Shown in pieces: positions 13,742 through 27,429 of a DNA stretch of 64,000 nucleotides. The stretch spans positions 64,358,001-64,422,000 of the forward strand of contig NC_087436.1 in NCBI RefSeq assembly GCF_036321535.1, in the 5' to 3' direction. Made by a program: the position numbers and the translations under genes. Source of the stretch: Camelus dromedarius (lineage: Eukaryota). Below the pieces are notes generated by a model, which did no database searches, was not told where the DNA came from, and worked only from the letters and a program-made list of their open reading frames with translations. How positions within the stretch are numbered: position 1 is the stretch's first letter; every line of letters begins with the position of its first letter.

Positions 13742-14245
13742 TTTATTTATTGAGGTATAAGTTGTAAACATAAGTTTACAACTCACTGAATTTTCACAAA
13801 CCAAGCTCATCCAATTAACCAACATGTGAAGACTGAGAACATTATGGGCACCTCAGACACCTGCCTTGTGCTCTGTACCAGCCATACTCCCCACCAAGAA
13901 TTGCTGCTATTGAGCCTTCTATCACCTTAAATTAGTTTCGCCCATTTTGGAATTAAATAAATGGCTTCATATAGTACTTGCATTTTAGTATCTGGCTTTT
14001 CTCATTCAATGCATTCATTTTTTAATATAACTTTATTAAAATATTTTAATGTACCATATAATTCACCCATTTCAAGCGCACATTGATTTTTTTTTTTTTT
14101 TAGTAAATTTACCAAGTGGTGCAGTCATCACCATAAATCAGTTTTACAATATTTATATCACTACAGGAAGATTCTGCATGCCCATTGTTGTTAATCCCCA
14201 TCTCCTTCCTCACCCCATGAGATGATTTGTCTATTTTCGTCTATC
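13742..14245 (-). mobile_element. Two adjacent ancient L1M 3'-end fragments (L1ME/MB-like)
   Basis: tttattgaggtataa...gaattttcacaaa (13742-14010) and actttattaaaata...aattcacccatttcaag...tagtaaatttaccaagtggtgcagtcatcacca (14020-14245). Confidence 0.65.
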
Positions 14246-15404
14246 CTAAATGCATTATTTTTTAAGCTAAAACAATATTTGAAATCAAGCTAGGAGTAGT
14301 GGATGTTTCAGTGGGGTTGTTATCAAAGATATATTAACCGTTATTTCTGGAGGCATGGACATAAATATGTTCCCTGCCTTTTGATTTCTCTAGAATCAAA
14401 AGATTATGAATCTAGACATTTAAAAGATGCTCTAGAGTTTTCTGTCAAGGAGCGATGTTAAATGTATAAAGGAGTATTTTTTTTCCTATTTAAATGACAT
14501 TTAAGTTTGACTTTTAATCTTCTAGCAGCATTTTAGCAATATTACATTTTCATGTGTCAGAGTCACATCAGAAACATGCAAAACAAAAAGAGGCAGAGAG
14601 GAAAGGAGAAAGAATTATTTCTCACTTTTCTTGAAAAGTTGTATTTCAGTTTATATCAGTACCACTGCAGGGGATTTTACAGCATACAAAAAGGTCTTGG
14701 TTTCTGTTGTATTCAATTCTGGTGAAGTTAAGAACCCCTTCAATAGCAGTAGAAGAAGAAATGCCAGTGGCAGTTTTTGTATGTACATAGCTGAGTAAAT
14801 AATTCTGCAATAACCGTGTATAGACATGAGGGTTTCTTTTTTTCCAATTTGAGTATTCTCCTTTGCTCCTTTGACATATTTATTACATTATGTCTTATAT
14901 TTCTTTTATGAATAATAACAGATCAAATACAATTCTTCATTTCAGGGACTTTCCCATGAATACAGTAAAATGAACAAAAGAACAGATAGGCATAGGAACT
15001 ATAATATATGACTAATTGCCTTAAGTATTACTGTTTGTTTGCAAGTTTATTAAGAAAATAGAAAGAAAAAAAAGGAGGGAAGAAAATAAAGGAAGGAAGA
15101 TAACTTCTATTCCCAAATCCCAAATGCAGAGACAATGGAAACACTGGAAAGTTTCTGTCTGGAAGATATTTATCTCTTCTTTTTTAATGTTTTGTCGCAT
15201 TTCAATTCTGAGAATATGTATTTGATAATATTCTACTAAAATGCTTCCTGGTACAACTTACTATTAATTTAATTTTGAATGAAATTATATATAATATATG
15301 TAGTTCAAAATTTAAAAATTTAATGATTGAAATGTTTCTTGAAAGCTTAGTATAAAAGTGAAAGGGAGTTGTGTTGGTTGTCTTATAGACCTTGAGAAAT
15401 ATTC

Positions 15405-15752
15405 ACACTTTGTGCTAGGCACAATTTGTGGAAACTTGGAATCCCTGAGTCCTCTATGGGGATTCCACATGGCCAGAACTATTTTCATAACAATATTAAC
15501 ATATTATTTTCCATTTTCATTGTCTTAGACATAGACACTGATGGTGCAAAAGCAATGGTAGCAAAATTGCCCACATCTTAGCAAGGATCGAGGTAGTAGC
15601 TACAATGTACTTTAAAAAAAGTCTTGAGTTATTTTAGTTCTAATATGATAAGTATTGATAAGATATAACTCACATAAACTGATAGACTTTGGGAATCTTA
15701 ATAATTTTAAGAGTTAAAGAGATCATGAGACAAAACCTTATGAAAATCAATG
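15405..15752 (+). mobile_element. hAT-Charlie DNA transposon deletion derivative (Charlie1-like)
   Basis: Contains cactgatggtgcaaaagcaatgg (Charlie1 transposase TDGAKAM motif) and a Charlie1-like terminal region (gatataactcacataaac...aataattttaagag...gagacaaaa). Confidence 0.7.
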
Positions 15753-17084
15753 ATTTAATAAACAGTTATTTTTTCATTTCTACTTACTGGCTGAAAATTA
15801 ATGATTAATGTTTTGTTTTTTATTATTTTTACATCACATAATACTCATTCTATTTGCTTTAAAGTCATTTAGACTTTTTCTATGAGTGAATTATTTTTGA
15901 AGGGAAGAATAGCTATACGTCATACAATAGCCCTTGCTAATAAAGAACCAAATAAGAATTAGACCCATTGCCTGAAAATTACTAGCATCATTTTCTGTTC
16001 AGAAACTCATGTGATAAATCTTTCTTAGAATTGTGAAAACCTGTTTAATTTAAAAGTAAAATGATTAAAACAATGGAAAATTAGAATAGCAAATTTTTAA
16101 AATAAAAATACTGCACAAATTAACAGTATGTTTTTATGGAGGGGAGAGAGAGTCCTGTCATGACATAATTCTAAAAACAAATATGTTGGAGGAACTAAAT
16201 TTATAAGTATGTATACTGGAAAATATGTTTTTCATTTTAATGTATCATTGTCAATTTTCTTTTTTAAAAAGAATCAACCTTGTAAAGACAGAATTTAAAG
16301 AGTTTTGAGCAGCTCTTTCCTGGCACTCTAAATTTTCTGAGTTCTTTTTAATTTAGCAGTGTTAATGGTAACTCCAATGCCTGTAACCATTAGTAAATGC
16401 ATTGGCAAACAAACTAAACCTGAAAAAAACTAAATTAGAGGTAGAGTGAGAATGGTAGATTTACCTGGAATTTTACCTGTTTCACATTTAATTTATAAAA
16501 CATAAGAATCATAGTTTTTCATTCATAATAAATGATCACATAGTTGTTCCCATACCTCTAGCTTCTTAGTTGATTTTACACTCTATAGTCAGCCTATAGA
16601 ACTTGGCATCTTGTGGAAAATATTTAGAAGATACTACCAAAGAAAGAAGATAAGAAGTTTTTGAAAATTTGAGGATATAGGATTAAAATGCTGAAGTAGT
16701 TATCTTGGATATAGCTTAAATCCTAATGGAAAAGAACTAAGCAGATTATGAGCATAAATTCTGTCACTGATTAATTAGACATCACTGGACTCTAGAGGAA
16801 AATATGTTACGATGATATCTAGCAGACATTTAGAATAAGAACCTCAGTTTCTCTATCATAATGACTTTAAAGATTGTTGAAGCTATTGGGGGAGGGGGTG
16901 GCTTTCAAAGTATTTTGACTGCATTGATGAGGCTGAGTTACATGGACGTAAGAAATTTACCTGAAATTACTTATTATTACTTATTATATGATGGTACAAA
17001 CATGCCTGCTCTCTTTGGGTACAAAGTCCATGGTTTTTTTGCTGTGCCTTTTTTTTTCTTCTTCTTCTAAGACACTAGAAAAAC

Positions 17085-17970
17085 TTTTTTTCATTTTTTA
17101 CAAAGTTGAAGTATAGTTGATTCACAATATTATGTTAGTTTCAGGTGTACAGAAAAGTGATTCAGTTATATATACATATATTTTTCAGATTATTTTCCAT
17201 TATTACAAGATATTGAATATTGTTCCCTGTGTTATACAGGAAATCTTTGTTGCTTATCTATTTTATGTATAGTAGTTTGTATCTGTTAATCCTATACTCC
17301 TAATTTTTCCCTCCCCTCAACCTTTCCCCTTTGGCAACCATAAATTTGTTTTCTGTGTCTGTGAATGTATTTCTGTTTTGTGTGTAGATTCATTTGTATT
17401 ATTTTTTGAGATTCTTCATATAAGTGGTATCATATAATATTTGTCTTTCTCTGGCTTACTTCACTTAGTATGATATTCTCTATGTCCATTTATGTTGCTA
17501 CAAATGGAAATATTTCTTTCTTTTTATGGCTGATTAATATTCCATTGTATATATTTATGTGGATATATATATACCTATAAACACACACCCCCCAACATCT
17601 TAAGCCAACCATCTGTTGATGGGCATATGGGTTGTTTCCATGTCTTGGCTATTGTAAATGGTGCTGCTCTGAATATTTGAGTGCATGTATCTTTTCAAAT
17701 TAGAGTTTTCATCTTTTCCAGATATATGCCCAGAAGTGGGATTGCTGGATTATATGGTAGCTCTATTTTTAGTTTTTAAGGAACCTCTGTATTATCTTCC
17801 ATACTAGGTGCACCAATGTACGTTGCCATCTACAATGTATGAGGATTCCTTTTTCTCCATACCCTCTCCGGTATTTATTATTTGTAGACTTTTTGATGAT
17901 AGCCATTCTGACAAGTGTGAGGTGATAGCTCATTGTGGTTTTGATTTGTAATTCTCTAATAATTAGCAGT
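17085..17970 (-). mobile_element. 5'-truncated L1 (cetartiodactyl-type) 3'UTR plus ORF2 end
   Basis: Poly-T, then ttgaagtatagttgattcacaatattatgttagtttcaggtgtacag (L1 3' terminus). ORF 17769..18140 contains [31 protein letters not shown]. Confidence 0.93.
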
Positions 17971-18277
17971 GCACTAAGAGTAATTTTTGTCACAAGGAAA
18001 GATCTTTTTACTTTTTTAGTAGATAAGAAAAAGCAAGTGAAATATTCAAATTGTTCACATTTTATATAATTCAATCTGTTGGTCAAATAAGAAGAGGATT
18101 TTAATGAAACCTGCCTTATAAAATTGATCAGTATAGCCATTTAGTTTTATCTTTGGGAAAATATCCTTTCCTTGCTTACTGATTTTACCTTTAGCTAGAA
18201 TTTTACTATCTAGTATATTATGCTCTTGAATAAGTAGGAAGCATATTAAGTTGTTATTGTTTGCAATAATACCTGTT

Positions 18278-18430
18278 AACATTTATTGTGTGCTTTTTAT
18301 TTACTGTAAACTCTGGTGATGAATTTACCTTTGGTTATCTCATTTATTCCTCTCAATAACACTGAGAAATATATATCATTATCACTCCCATTATATCAAC
18401 ACGGAATTAAAGCACATAGAAATTAACTTA
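18278..18430 (-). mobile_element. MIR SINE fragment
   Basis: aacatttattgtgtgc...ttatctcatttattcctctcaataacactgaga...cccattat, the MIR core. Confidence 0.6.
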
Positions 18431-18544
18431 GTGAAGAACTTATTTTAAAGCCAATATACTGCCTTATTTGAGGCGCTTGGAATTTTGTTTATTGTAGCAA
18501 GCATGATAAAATAATAAAGTGTTAAGATTAAGAACAGGGCTCCT

Positions 18545-18706
18545 GGGGGCGGGTATAGCTCAAGTGGTAGAGCGCATGCTTAGCATGCATGAGGTCCTGG
18601 GTTCAATCCCCAGTACCTCCCCTAAAATAAATAAATAAATAAACCTAATTATGTCCCTCCCCAGCCAAAAAAAAAAAATATTAAAATAAATAAATTAAAA
18701 AAAAAA
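18545..18706 (+). mobile_element. Young tRNA-Ala(AGC)-derived SINE (camelid Vic-1 type)
   Basis: Head GGGTATAGCTCAAGTGGTAGAGCGCATGCTTAGCATGCATGAGGTCCTGGGTTCAATCCCCAGTACCTCC with A box 18556-18567 and B box 18600-18610. Followed by (AAAT)n-cctaatt-C-rich segment and an A-rich tail. TSD aa(g/c)aacagggctcct at 18530-18544 and 18707-18721 (12 bp exact). TT|AAGA L1-endonuclease-type site. Confidence 0.95.
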
Positions 18707-19019
18707 AACAACAGGGCTCCTTATCATGATCATGATGGTGGGAAAAGAAACTCATTTCCTCTCATTGAAACACTCAACCATATATTGGGTTTGTTTGGCT
18801 CAAGTGTTATTAATATTCAACTATAGCTATACAAAATTTTTATTATTGAAATTTTTGATAGAAATAATTCGATTACTGTGAATCTTAAACTCTCCAGTCT
18901 TCAACTCCTTTTTTATTTGAATCAATTACGTTTATAAAGTGTTTCGGGTAATCAATGCTTCTTGAAAAAACATGCGTTGATAGAACAGAGCTGATTGTAT
19001 TACTAAATGTTACCAGCTA

Positions 19020-19268
19020 TAACCATATATAAGCAATATTAATTGAGAACTTTGTATGAGTGATACGGTGTTTTAGGGACTTTATATGAATTAACTCTTT
19101 AATTCTTCCCTCATTCCCATGAAATGGATACCACCGTCATTCCTTTCCTGATGGGGGAACTAAAGCATAGAGAGTTTAATTAACATATCCAAGTTACACA
19201 GTTAAATGGCAAAGCTGCAAATTTAACCTAGGCAATCCAGCTCCAAAATTCACAGTAACTACTACAGT
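19020..19268 (-). mobile_element. MIR SINE, near full length
   Basis: attaactctttaattctt...gatgggggaactaaagcatagagagtttaattaacatatccaagttacacagttaaatggcaaagctg, MIR core and tRNA-like end. Confidence 0.8.
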
Positions 19269-22200
19269 CAATCACCTGGTGTCATTTGTCTAAAATATGC
19301 ACTATTTTTAGTAAAAGGACTATCCCAGGAAACAAGTATGGATCAGTCACTATTACTGAAAAGAAAATACACACATGTGCATGTGTGCGTGCCAAGCCAC
19401 ACGCGTACATACACTATTAGTGACATAATGAAAACCTGGCATGAAGCTTATTAAATTATACGGCATTTATTTTCTGCCTTTGGATAAGTTTTCAGAAAAA
19501 AATCACTCAAGTACTTGTGGTAAAATTTACTGATTTACAGATTTTACTATTGCTTTTAACATTTTGGAGTTTATAGAGACACAATTATCTATTGGAATAT
19601 TTCAGTAAAAGAGAAGTTACTGATAATATTGGAAAATAAGTTTAAATTTGCATGTTATATGGAAATAAAAGAAAACTGATAGCACTTAATGTGCAAACTT
19701 TAGACAGTGAGGGCTCATGAGTTAAAAACTTAATATATCACATGAATACTTTGAAATATTTGTAAATGAGAAAATGTATTATGCCAGCCTTTCTTAATCA
19801 AACTTGAATATAAATAACAGTGTGCTTCAAAATTTCTAATGCTTTATATAATGAGAAATTTAGACAGCATACATCTCCACAAAGCTATTGGTAATAGTTA
19901 TAAAAATGAAAGTGGATCTTTATTTTTACCACATATGGTAACTTCATTTTAGTATAGATGTCAGTTTATTCTTGTTTAGTATTTTCCATTTCCTGCCAGA
20001 TTATGCTGAAATATATTGTAAATTTGCTTCCCTGAATACTCTGTTAGACACAAGCTTTAACTGATTTATTATTTCTTTATTATTAAGACTATGACCAAAT
20101 GAAGTATAGTTATGAAGTCACTCTATGTAAAGCATTTTGAACTTTCCCATGATGTGTTGATGTGATTATAGTTTCACTATAGGGAAAAAATGGTATTTCT
20201 CAAATTGTTGGGGGATAACCATTACTCTAATATTTGTTAATATGAAAAATTACATTAATTGATACCAGTTTCTATAAAATTAGATATTTACTTTGTCATA
20301 TTTGTTGCAGAAAGATATGTAAATCATGTTTATTTGTAACTAGGTTTACCAAATGGTAAGAGCAAAACATGTTTTTTCATGCATATGGACTGATTTCGAT
20401 TTATAAATATATGTTTCGGTACTTTGGCTCAAAAAGACTTGAGGTCTTTCCAAAACTGCTAGTACCCAGAGCTATTAGTACTATGAAAATAAACATTTGG
20501 AGCCGTTTCTTAGACTTGTTAGTGTATTGAGGAAGTAATATTTGGAAAAGAATTCAAGCCTACAAAAATATTAAAATATAAACAGAGAAAATATTTCAAA
20601 AGTAATAAAAAAAGATAAGAAGAGATGGAGATGATTGTTACAAAAGGAGGAACTTGATGGTTATGGGCTTGAAGGGAAGTAGGTGACAACTGAACTTAAA
20701 AAGAACCTTTTCAGATAGAATTGTTGATGTTGCTGAATTATTTAGAGATACTTTGATGTTCCCAGATCTTCACCACTGGTCATCTAAACAATGCTGTATG
20801 TTTTATATTTAATAAGTGTACTCCTGGAGATTTGAATTTACTCATCAAATATAGTGTAGTAATTTTATGTGAAAGATTTACAGCAGTCCTCTACCAATAT
20901 GAACATCTTATTAAAGATAATATTCTAATATTATCTGTTGATTTATTAATACTTACTTTTTAATTTCATGGCAATAGTATTTTTTTGTTCTCTTTCATAA
21001 TTATACCCATAAAGCCTACCTGGCCTAGCTGTGTGCTACATCCTTGGGCATTTCTGTTACATAAGAATATGTTATATATGTGACTCTGATATATGTTATA
21101 TCTGCATGGTTCTAACTTTATTTAGATACTGTTTTTTACTATCTTAATTCTCCCCTCAAACCACAAATATTTGTCTTTTCTTTAGAGTATGGTGTAAAAT
21201 ATCTATGACTAGTTTTATCATTTATAACCATCTAGACAGTATGAATTATTTCTCTATGTATTTTAGAAATTAGGTTCACAAAAATGCACTCCTTTTTCAC
21301 AAATTAGTCTCTGCAAAATTTGTCATAATAAAAGGCCTTTCACCTTACCAAGGAATTCAAGTAGATCATCCTTGCCTGAGGAGATAGGATTCTGAATTAC
21401 TTTCCAAGTTCAATTCTTGGGGGGAAAAAAAGGGTAGAGTCCTTCAAATGACTTACATTAAATTATTTCCTCCAAGAGCACTTCCCTGCTGTGACATTTT
21501 AAAAAAAAACCCTACAACTATAACAAAAATTATGTGTAATCTTTCAGTGAAAGTTATAGAAGTGAAAAAGTATAAATTATTAAAAGCAGCACAAGCCCAC
21601 ATGGATATTGGAAAGGAATATGAGCTCCATCTGCAAACTAACAGGAAAAAAATTTGTCTCTGTAAGATGTGAAGTATATAACCTGTCTAAAATGTTGCAT
21701 CATTACACATGAAGGAAAAGATAAGTATCCATGTGATGTAGTTGAATACATATTTGATATCAAGCTGTAATTGCATTATAAAATGATGTCAGCAACAAAT
21801 GACAAAAAGAAGCTACAACATACATCTTACCTGCTAGAATCCTCTAGTCTGTTGTGTCACAATTTCTCGTGGGAAACAATGGAAGAACATGTTCTATAGC
21901 ATGAACTCAGTGTACCCCTAGCGTGGCAGCTTTGAAACTATTTATGCCAGCAGTGTTGGTATACCTGTGTATACAACATGTATACAAATACAAATAAATG
22001 AGAATATCTGAGATATAAGTGTATAGAGCATTTATGATGTGTATTTCTAGGATGCTGATTAATTCCATTAAAAAATGTATTTACACTGGAATCATATAGT
22101 TATATTGTTATCTAATGGTTCAAGATTTCAAAAGGTTTACTTTTCCTCTCATTTATTAAGAAGTAGAGGAACATGTTTCTCATCCATTTATTTCATTGTT

Positions 22201-22951
22201 TTATTTTTAAAAATTTATTATTTATATCAGGAAGATAAGACATTTTATTTTAGTATTGATAGTAATGATGCTCAAACAGATAAAATGATTCATCCAAAGT
22301 TAAATGTGATCCTGAGCCTTTATATATTAATTAATCTATTTTCATAACTAGTTTATTTGGAAAGTGGACTGACTCATTTGATATTGTATGTCTTTCATTT
22401 ATTGGCAACATGAAAAAACTTAGTTTAAATTCTTAGACTATAATTCAAAAATGAAATTTCCTGATTAAAGAGGAAACAAACTGGAAATGAGATATTCAAC
22501 AGTGATATAGAGATTTTTTAAGGAAAACATGTCTTAGAGTTCCAAAATTATATTAGTTTTAGGAAGAGGTTTAGAAACCAACTCCTTCCTCCTTAGATAC
22601 TTACATCTCCCCTTATAGGTTCAGAGCATGTGCTTTGCAATCTTTACAGCAGACTTTGATTTGAAATCCAAGCCATGTGTCCTGGTGCACATTGCTTCTA
22701 TGAGCAAGTTAGAGGTAAAATACTTGCCTTGAAGGATCATACTGAGGATAGAAAAATCTGTTTTTTCACGTGTATAATAGCACAATGCTAAAGTAGTTAC
22801 TATTATTATTACTAGAGATTCATATTTTTGTTTTATCCTCTGTTGTTGAATTAGAGGTGTCAATCAGGATTTTGGTGTTTGTTTTCCTATATAAGTCAAA
22901 AGTGAAGTATTTAAAGAATTTCTGTCTCAGAAAGAATCTCTCTCCATTATG

Positions 22952-22993
22952 TCTTTAGCAATACATCAACTTCTTTAGCAATATATCAACTTC
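22952..22993. repeat. 20-bp tandem duplication, 2 copies, 1 mismatch
   Basis: tctttagcaata(c/t)atcaact x2. Confidence 0.9.
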
Positions 22994-23232
22994 ATATTAT
23001 GATCTTTGGATAGAGACTTTTGGTTCTGGGAAAAATCCTTAAAGCACATGAATTTTTCCTTTGAAACCAGGAAGTTTTTTTTAAAAAAATTTTTGTGGGG
23101 CTTTCATTTCTTTAAATTCTGGGACCTCAGGCCTCATTTCTGTAGTATGTATAGTCTCTTTTCCCTACCCCATTCCTTGTTGTATAGTCCTATGTAAGAA
23201 TGTCATCACTCTTACTAAAGTTCTCTCTGAAG

Positions 23233-23443
23233 CTAAGAACTGTTCCAATTTCAGGTAAAGCACATGCCTCAAAATGATGGAACAATGCTCACCAAAGTTT
23301 TATATATATATATTCCTGATAGAAAATGAGTGAAATAGATACTGGGGAGATAATGAAAACTATCCACCCTTACTCCAAAGGCAATTCAAAATTTTATGTG
23401 GAATATCACAAAATAACTTACCCTTTAGAAAGAATCATGCCAA
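23233..23443. repeat. Copy A of a diverged ~200-bp direct repeat (partner at 24409-24608)
   Basis: Colinear shared blocks found by manual alignment; see findings. Confidence 0.85.
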
Positions 23444-24408
23444 ATGTAATACTGTATAATATATTACAGATACAAACAAAGCTATTATTATTTCTTGAAA
23501 GCATTTACTTCCCACTTAAAAGTTCATCTGTATACTTAAAGAGGCTATATTTTGAGCCATAAAAATGTCACTAACTTGACAAGAAGTGTGGCCTGGGAAT
23601 GTATCCACAAACCATTCCTTTAGTCTTGAATTGAATGATATTGAATGATAAGATTTTGTAGATTTTCTCTCTTCTATTTATGTATGATATTTCAAGCAAT
23701 AATCTTCATAAATTTTTTAAGGAAGGCCTATGCTTGTGAGTTTCATCTCACCAGTGTCATTTTATTCTGTCAGTGTTGTTTGAAACATCTAGATAGGCCA
23801 CATAAGGAATAGTCACCCACACACTGTTTACGTTAGTAATTAACAGAGAATTTTCAGAAGGATTATAGGCAATGTCATCACTCCAGCATTTTCTTCTTAA
23901 TGAAGTAACCAGCACAGTGGGAAGCCAGCTTCAGTTTTAAACCCAGCAGGCGAAATTGTGGAATAGAAACTATTAAGTGTCAGAAGGAAGGGTTTGAATA
24001 CAAAGTTTGCTATTACTGAAAATGATAGGAAGTTCTCTTGTAAGGAAATACCTCTTGGAGAATCTAGTCTAGGAGCTTAGAAAACTTCAGGGCTCTTTTC
24101 AAATATACATTACGCATTTTCTTGTAGTTAGAAATTCCACAAACCTAAAGAGGATCAGATTTTGCCTTGGCTTGTGAAGACCCTCCCCCGTAAAACTAGG
24201 ACAAGGATTGTTTAAGTAGGCTCTTTCACATATGCCCATAGGTTTGGGGATAAGTAGTCATCTCTCAGCACTTAGAATATTTTCAGAAGAAAAAACTGAA
24301 CAGGAAACAGCAGCCGTTTGAAAAACGAATCTAACTCCCATTCCTCTTAGTCTCCCTTCCCGCCCCCTTTTGCCTGACCTCTGGCCTTTGGTTTAATGGC
24401 ACTAATGA

Positions 24409-24608
24409 CTAAGAATGGTTCTGATCCTGGGGGAGGCACATGCCTAAAAATAACAATGCTCAACAGAGGAAACTCTGTTCTTGACAGAAAACAAGAGAAA
24501 TAAATGCAGGGAGATAATCAAAACTCTCCTTCCCTTACGAAAGTAATTCAGAATTTCATGTGGCATATCACAAACTGGTTTTCCCTTTACTGTAATTAAC
24601 AATGCCAA
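24409..24608. repeat. Copy B of a diverged ~200-bp direct repeat (partner at 23233-23443)
   Basis: Colinear shared blocks found by manual alignment; see findings. Confidence 0.85.
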
Positions 24609-27429
24609 TCACAAAGACTCAGAATCTTTCAGGTCTCTGCAGTACCACTTCCCCTCAACAGAACCAAACCAAGCCAAAGAAGACAAACAGTGTTCCCACA
24701 GGGGAGCACTCCAATTTTGAAAGAAAAGCAGTGCCTCTGTTTCAGTCTCACAGCACATAGAGCACGGGAACGCCTTGTCATCTGATTGGAGGTCCTACAT
24801 TAAAGAAGAGATATTTGGCAGGAATTAAAGTTGAATTCAAATTCTTTTTTGTTGTTGTTGTTGTTTTGTTACAAGTTTTACATAAGGCGTTTGCAAATTC
24901 TCCTCCTCTTTTTGTCACTGATCTGAGGAGCCTAGCAGTGAAGCCTTGGGCTGGTACTCACCCCTGAGTGTGTGCTGATGCTTCTAACCAAGACCTGGTC
25001 CCTCCTTTCTGTCACTGCCAGCTCTGCACTCCAGCTTGTTGGAGGTGCAACTAGAAAGAAACTGGATGTGGGAAGCACTGGCCAGGCTTCCTCCTAACTA
25101 CAACCTCCAAGATTCCTTAAATTTAAAAAAAAAAATCAGTGGTATTTTTATTCTGAAATAAAATGTTCATAAAAGGTAAAAAGAGGAGAACCATCACATC
25201 GTACTCTTGGAATGAAATAACTAGTGAATTCCATATGGAAAAAATTAAATGTTTAAAATTGCATATTATGACTTACCAGGAAAAAAAAGTCTTAAAACAA
25301 TGCAAAATATCAAATGAGCCTGTCTTCCCATTTGTCTACTTTAAATTACACTTTAAAATTTGATAGAACAATTCCATATGTTCATGACAATAATTGCTGC
25401 AGTTTTTACAGCATCCTAACATCTCTTAACACATGTACTAAATGAAACATTGCTAGATGTTTTATAGTAAATGGTATGATTCATTTGTAACAGAAAATAA
25501 ATATATATTGCTTTTATCAGCAACCAAACATTTGAAAACTATTTTCCATTTCAGTCAGAATAGAAAAAAATAAATAAAAATTATATTATAAACACATGAA
25601 GCCCATTAATCTACCAAAAATTAGGAAACATTTTCATTATAGGAAAAAACTACTGTGCACTAAAATGGAAATCAAAAGTTAATTATTCAGGTTTTTGGGA
25701 AGCCTTTAAAGTTGTATTACTATGAAAAGACAAGAAAGGAGAGAGTCCAGATACTATAAAAAAGAAAAAAAGTATTTCTATCTAAAGCCCTGGCCTTCAA
25801 GAATGTTACTAATTAACCACTTCGAACTTGTCAGCCTTGTTACCTGGCTAAAGTGTCTAAGCCAGAAATGGAGGGAGATAATGGAGCTTTTCTCACCCTG
25901 AGGATAGAGTGTAGAAAAGGGTGGTGTGTATAGGGAAGGGTCAGATATGTAACTCCCTTTGGCCTGTGTGCATCTGGTCCAGAACTAGTGTTCACAAGAG
26001 CCAGTCTTTAGCTTATTTGTACCATCCTTCACTGTTGCCATGTCCCCTATCAGAGAATGTAAATCATTTTAATGTTAGGCCAAAATAAACAACCTTTAGG
26101 GTACACATGTTGTCAAAAAAGATAAAGTGATATATGCTAAACCAAATGAAAATGACTTGGATTATCTACTACTTGGGTCATCGGGTTCGCGGAAGATTAG
26201 TGCAAGAAACTACAGTTTATTGAGGGCATTTTAGTTTCTTCTACCACTTCAGCAAGACTTTGTCCAGACTTTTCTCTTAGCTTCTTGCCTTGACTGTGGT
26301 TCTTTGTGACAAGATGCTTTGGTTTGTAAAACATAATGTGGAATAAAGGATCCACTAAAGTCAGAGTGGGGGAGGAAGGAAACCAGGAAGTAAATTTTGC
26401 AGAATTTGGAGCTTCAGAAAGTAATCTTTTTCAGCTTCTGTGCATATGCATTGAGTAAAGAAGATTGTTAATTTTGTTTCGTAAGAGAAAACATTGTTTC
26501 ATAAGAAATGTCGACAGCAAACCTGTGTCTGCAAGAATAAAACATACAGTGTGATGCTACTTCTTAGAAGTATCTGGCAGCTCCAGTTGAGTCAGTCATA
26601 ATAAATGCAAGAATATATACTTTCGTTAATCATTCCATATTCTGTATCAAAACTGTGATGAACAAGTAGTTCTGCTTATAGTCTAGGGATATGGTTATAT
26701 TATAGATAGTTTAAGACCCTTCATTTCAAAGTAAAAGCCTAAAAGAAACCAAAAGGCTGTTTGGTTTTGTCAGTAAAATTACTTTAATACAAAAGAATAC
26801 GAGTTTTACTTTTCAAACAGCCAAAAAATACTCAGAGTCTCTATATTGCCATAGATCTTTATTGAAAGGTTATATATATGAAATGAGTATTGAGAGCTGA
26901 TGCTGAGCAAAGTCCAGGCTTGACAGCATAAATGTACTTAAATTAACCGTAGAGATGAGCTATTACTAAAGATGCTTCCACTTACACTGCTGTGCCATGA
27001 GTCCTGCTAAGTTCCAGGAACTTAAACATGATGAATATGGTTCCTCACTATAAGGAGTTTTAATGGAGAGGATTACATAAGCAATTGCATTGAATAAAAT
27101 GTAGTAGATGCAGTGAGAGTGATACAGATAACTAAATGACTAAATGAAAGGGCTCCTAATGTAGCCTGAAGTGGACCGGAAACATAAGGGGTGGAATCTT
27201 AGCTAAGTCTTGAAGTGTGCGTAACAAAGGCATCAGAAGGGCACTGAAGGCTAAGGAGTAAGCGTGGACTGAAAGGAGAGATTTGGGATTGCACGGAAGT
27301 GAGGGTACTAATGCAGTTCAGTGACACTGGAAGTTAAAGTATAGATCAAGGACTAGGAAAAGATGAGTTACATAGAGGAAAAATGATGACCTTGATGATC
27401 ATATTCAGAATATTGGATTTTATAATAAC

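Noticed and set aside
18548..18621. tRNA-Ala(AGC) gene
   Set aside because: Followed by SINE body and poly-A and flanked by a TSD; a second family copy lies at 61.2 kb. It is a SINE, not a tRNA gene.
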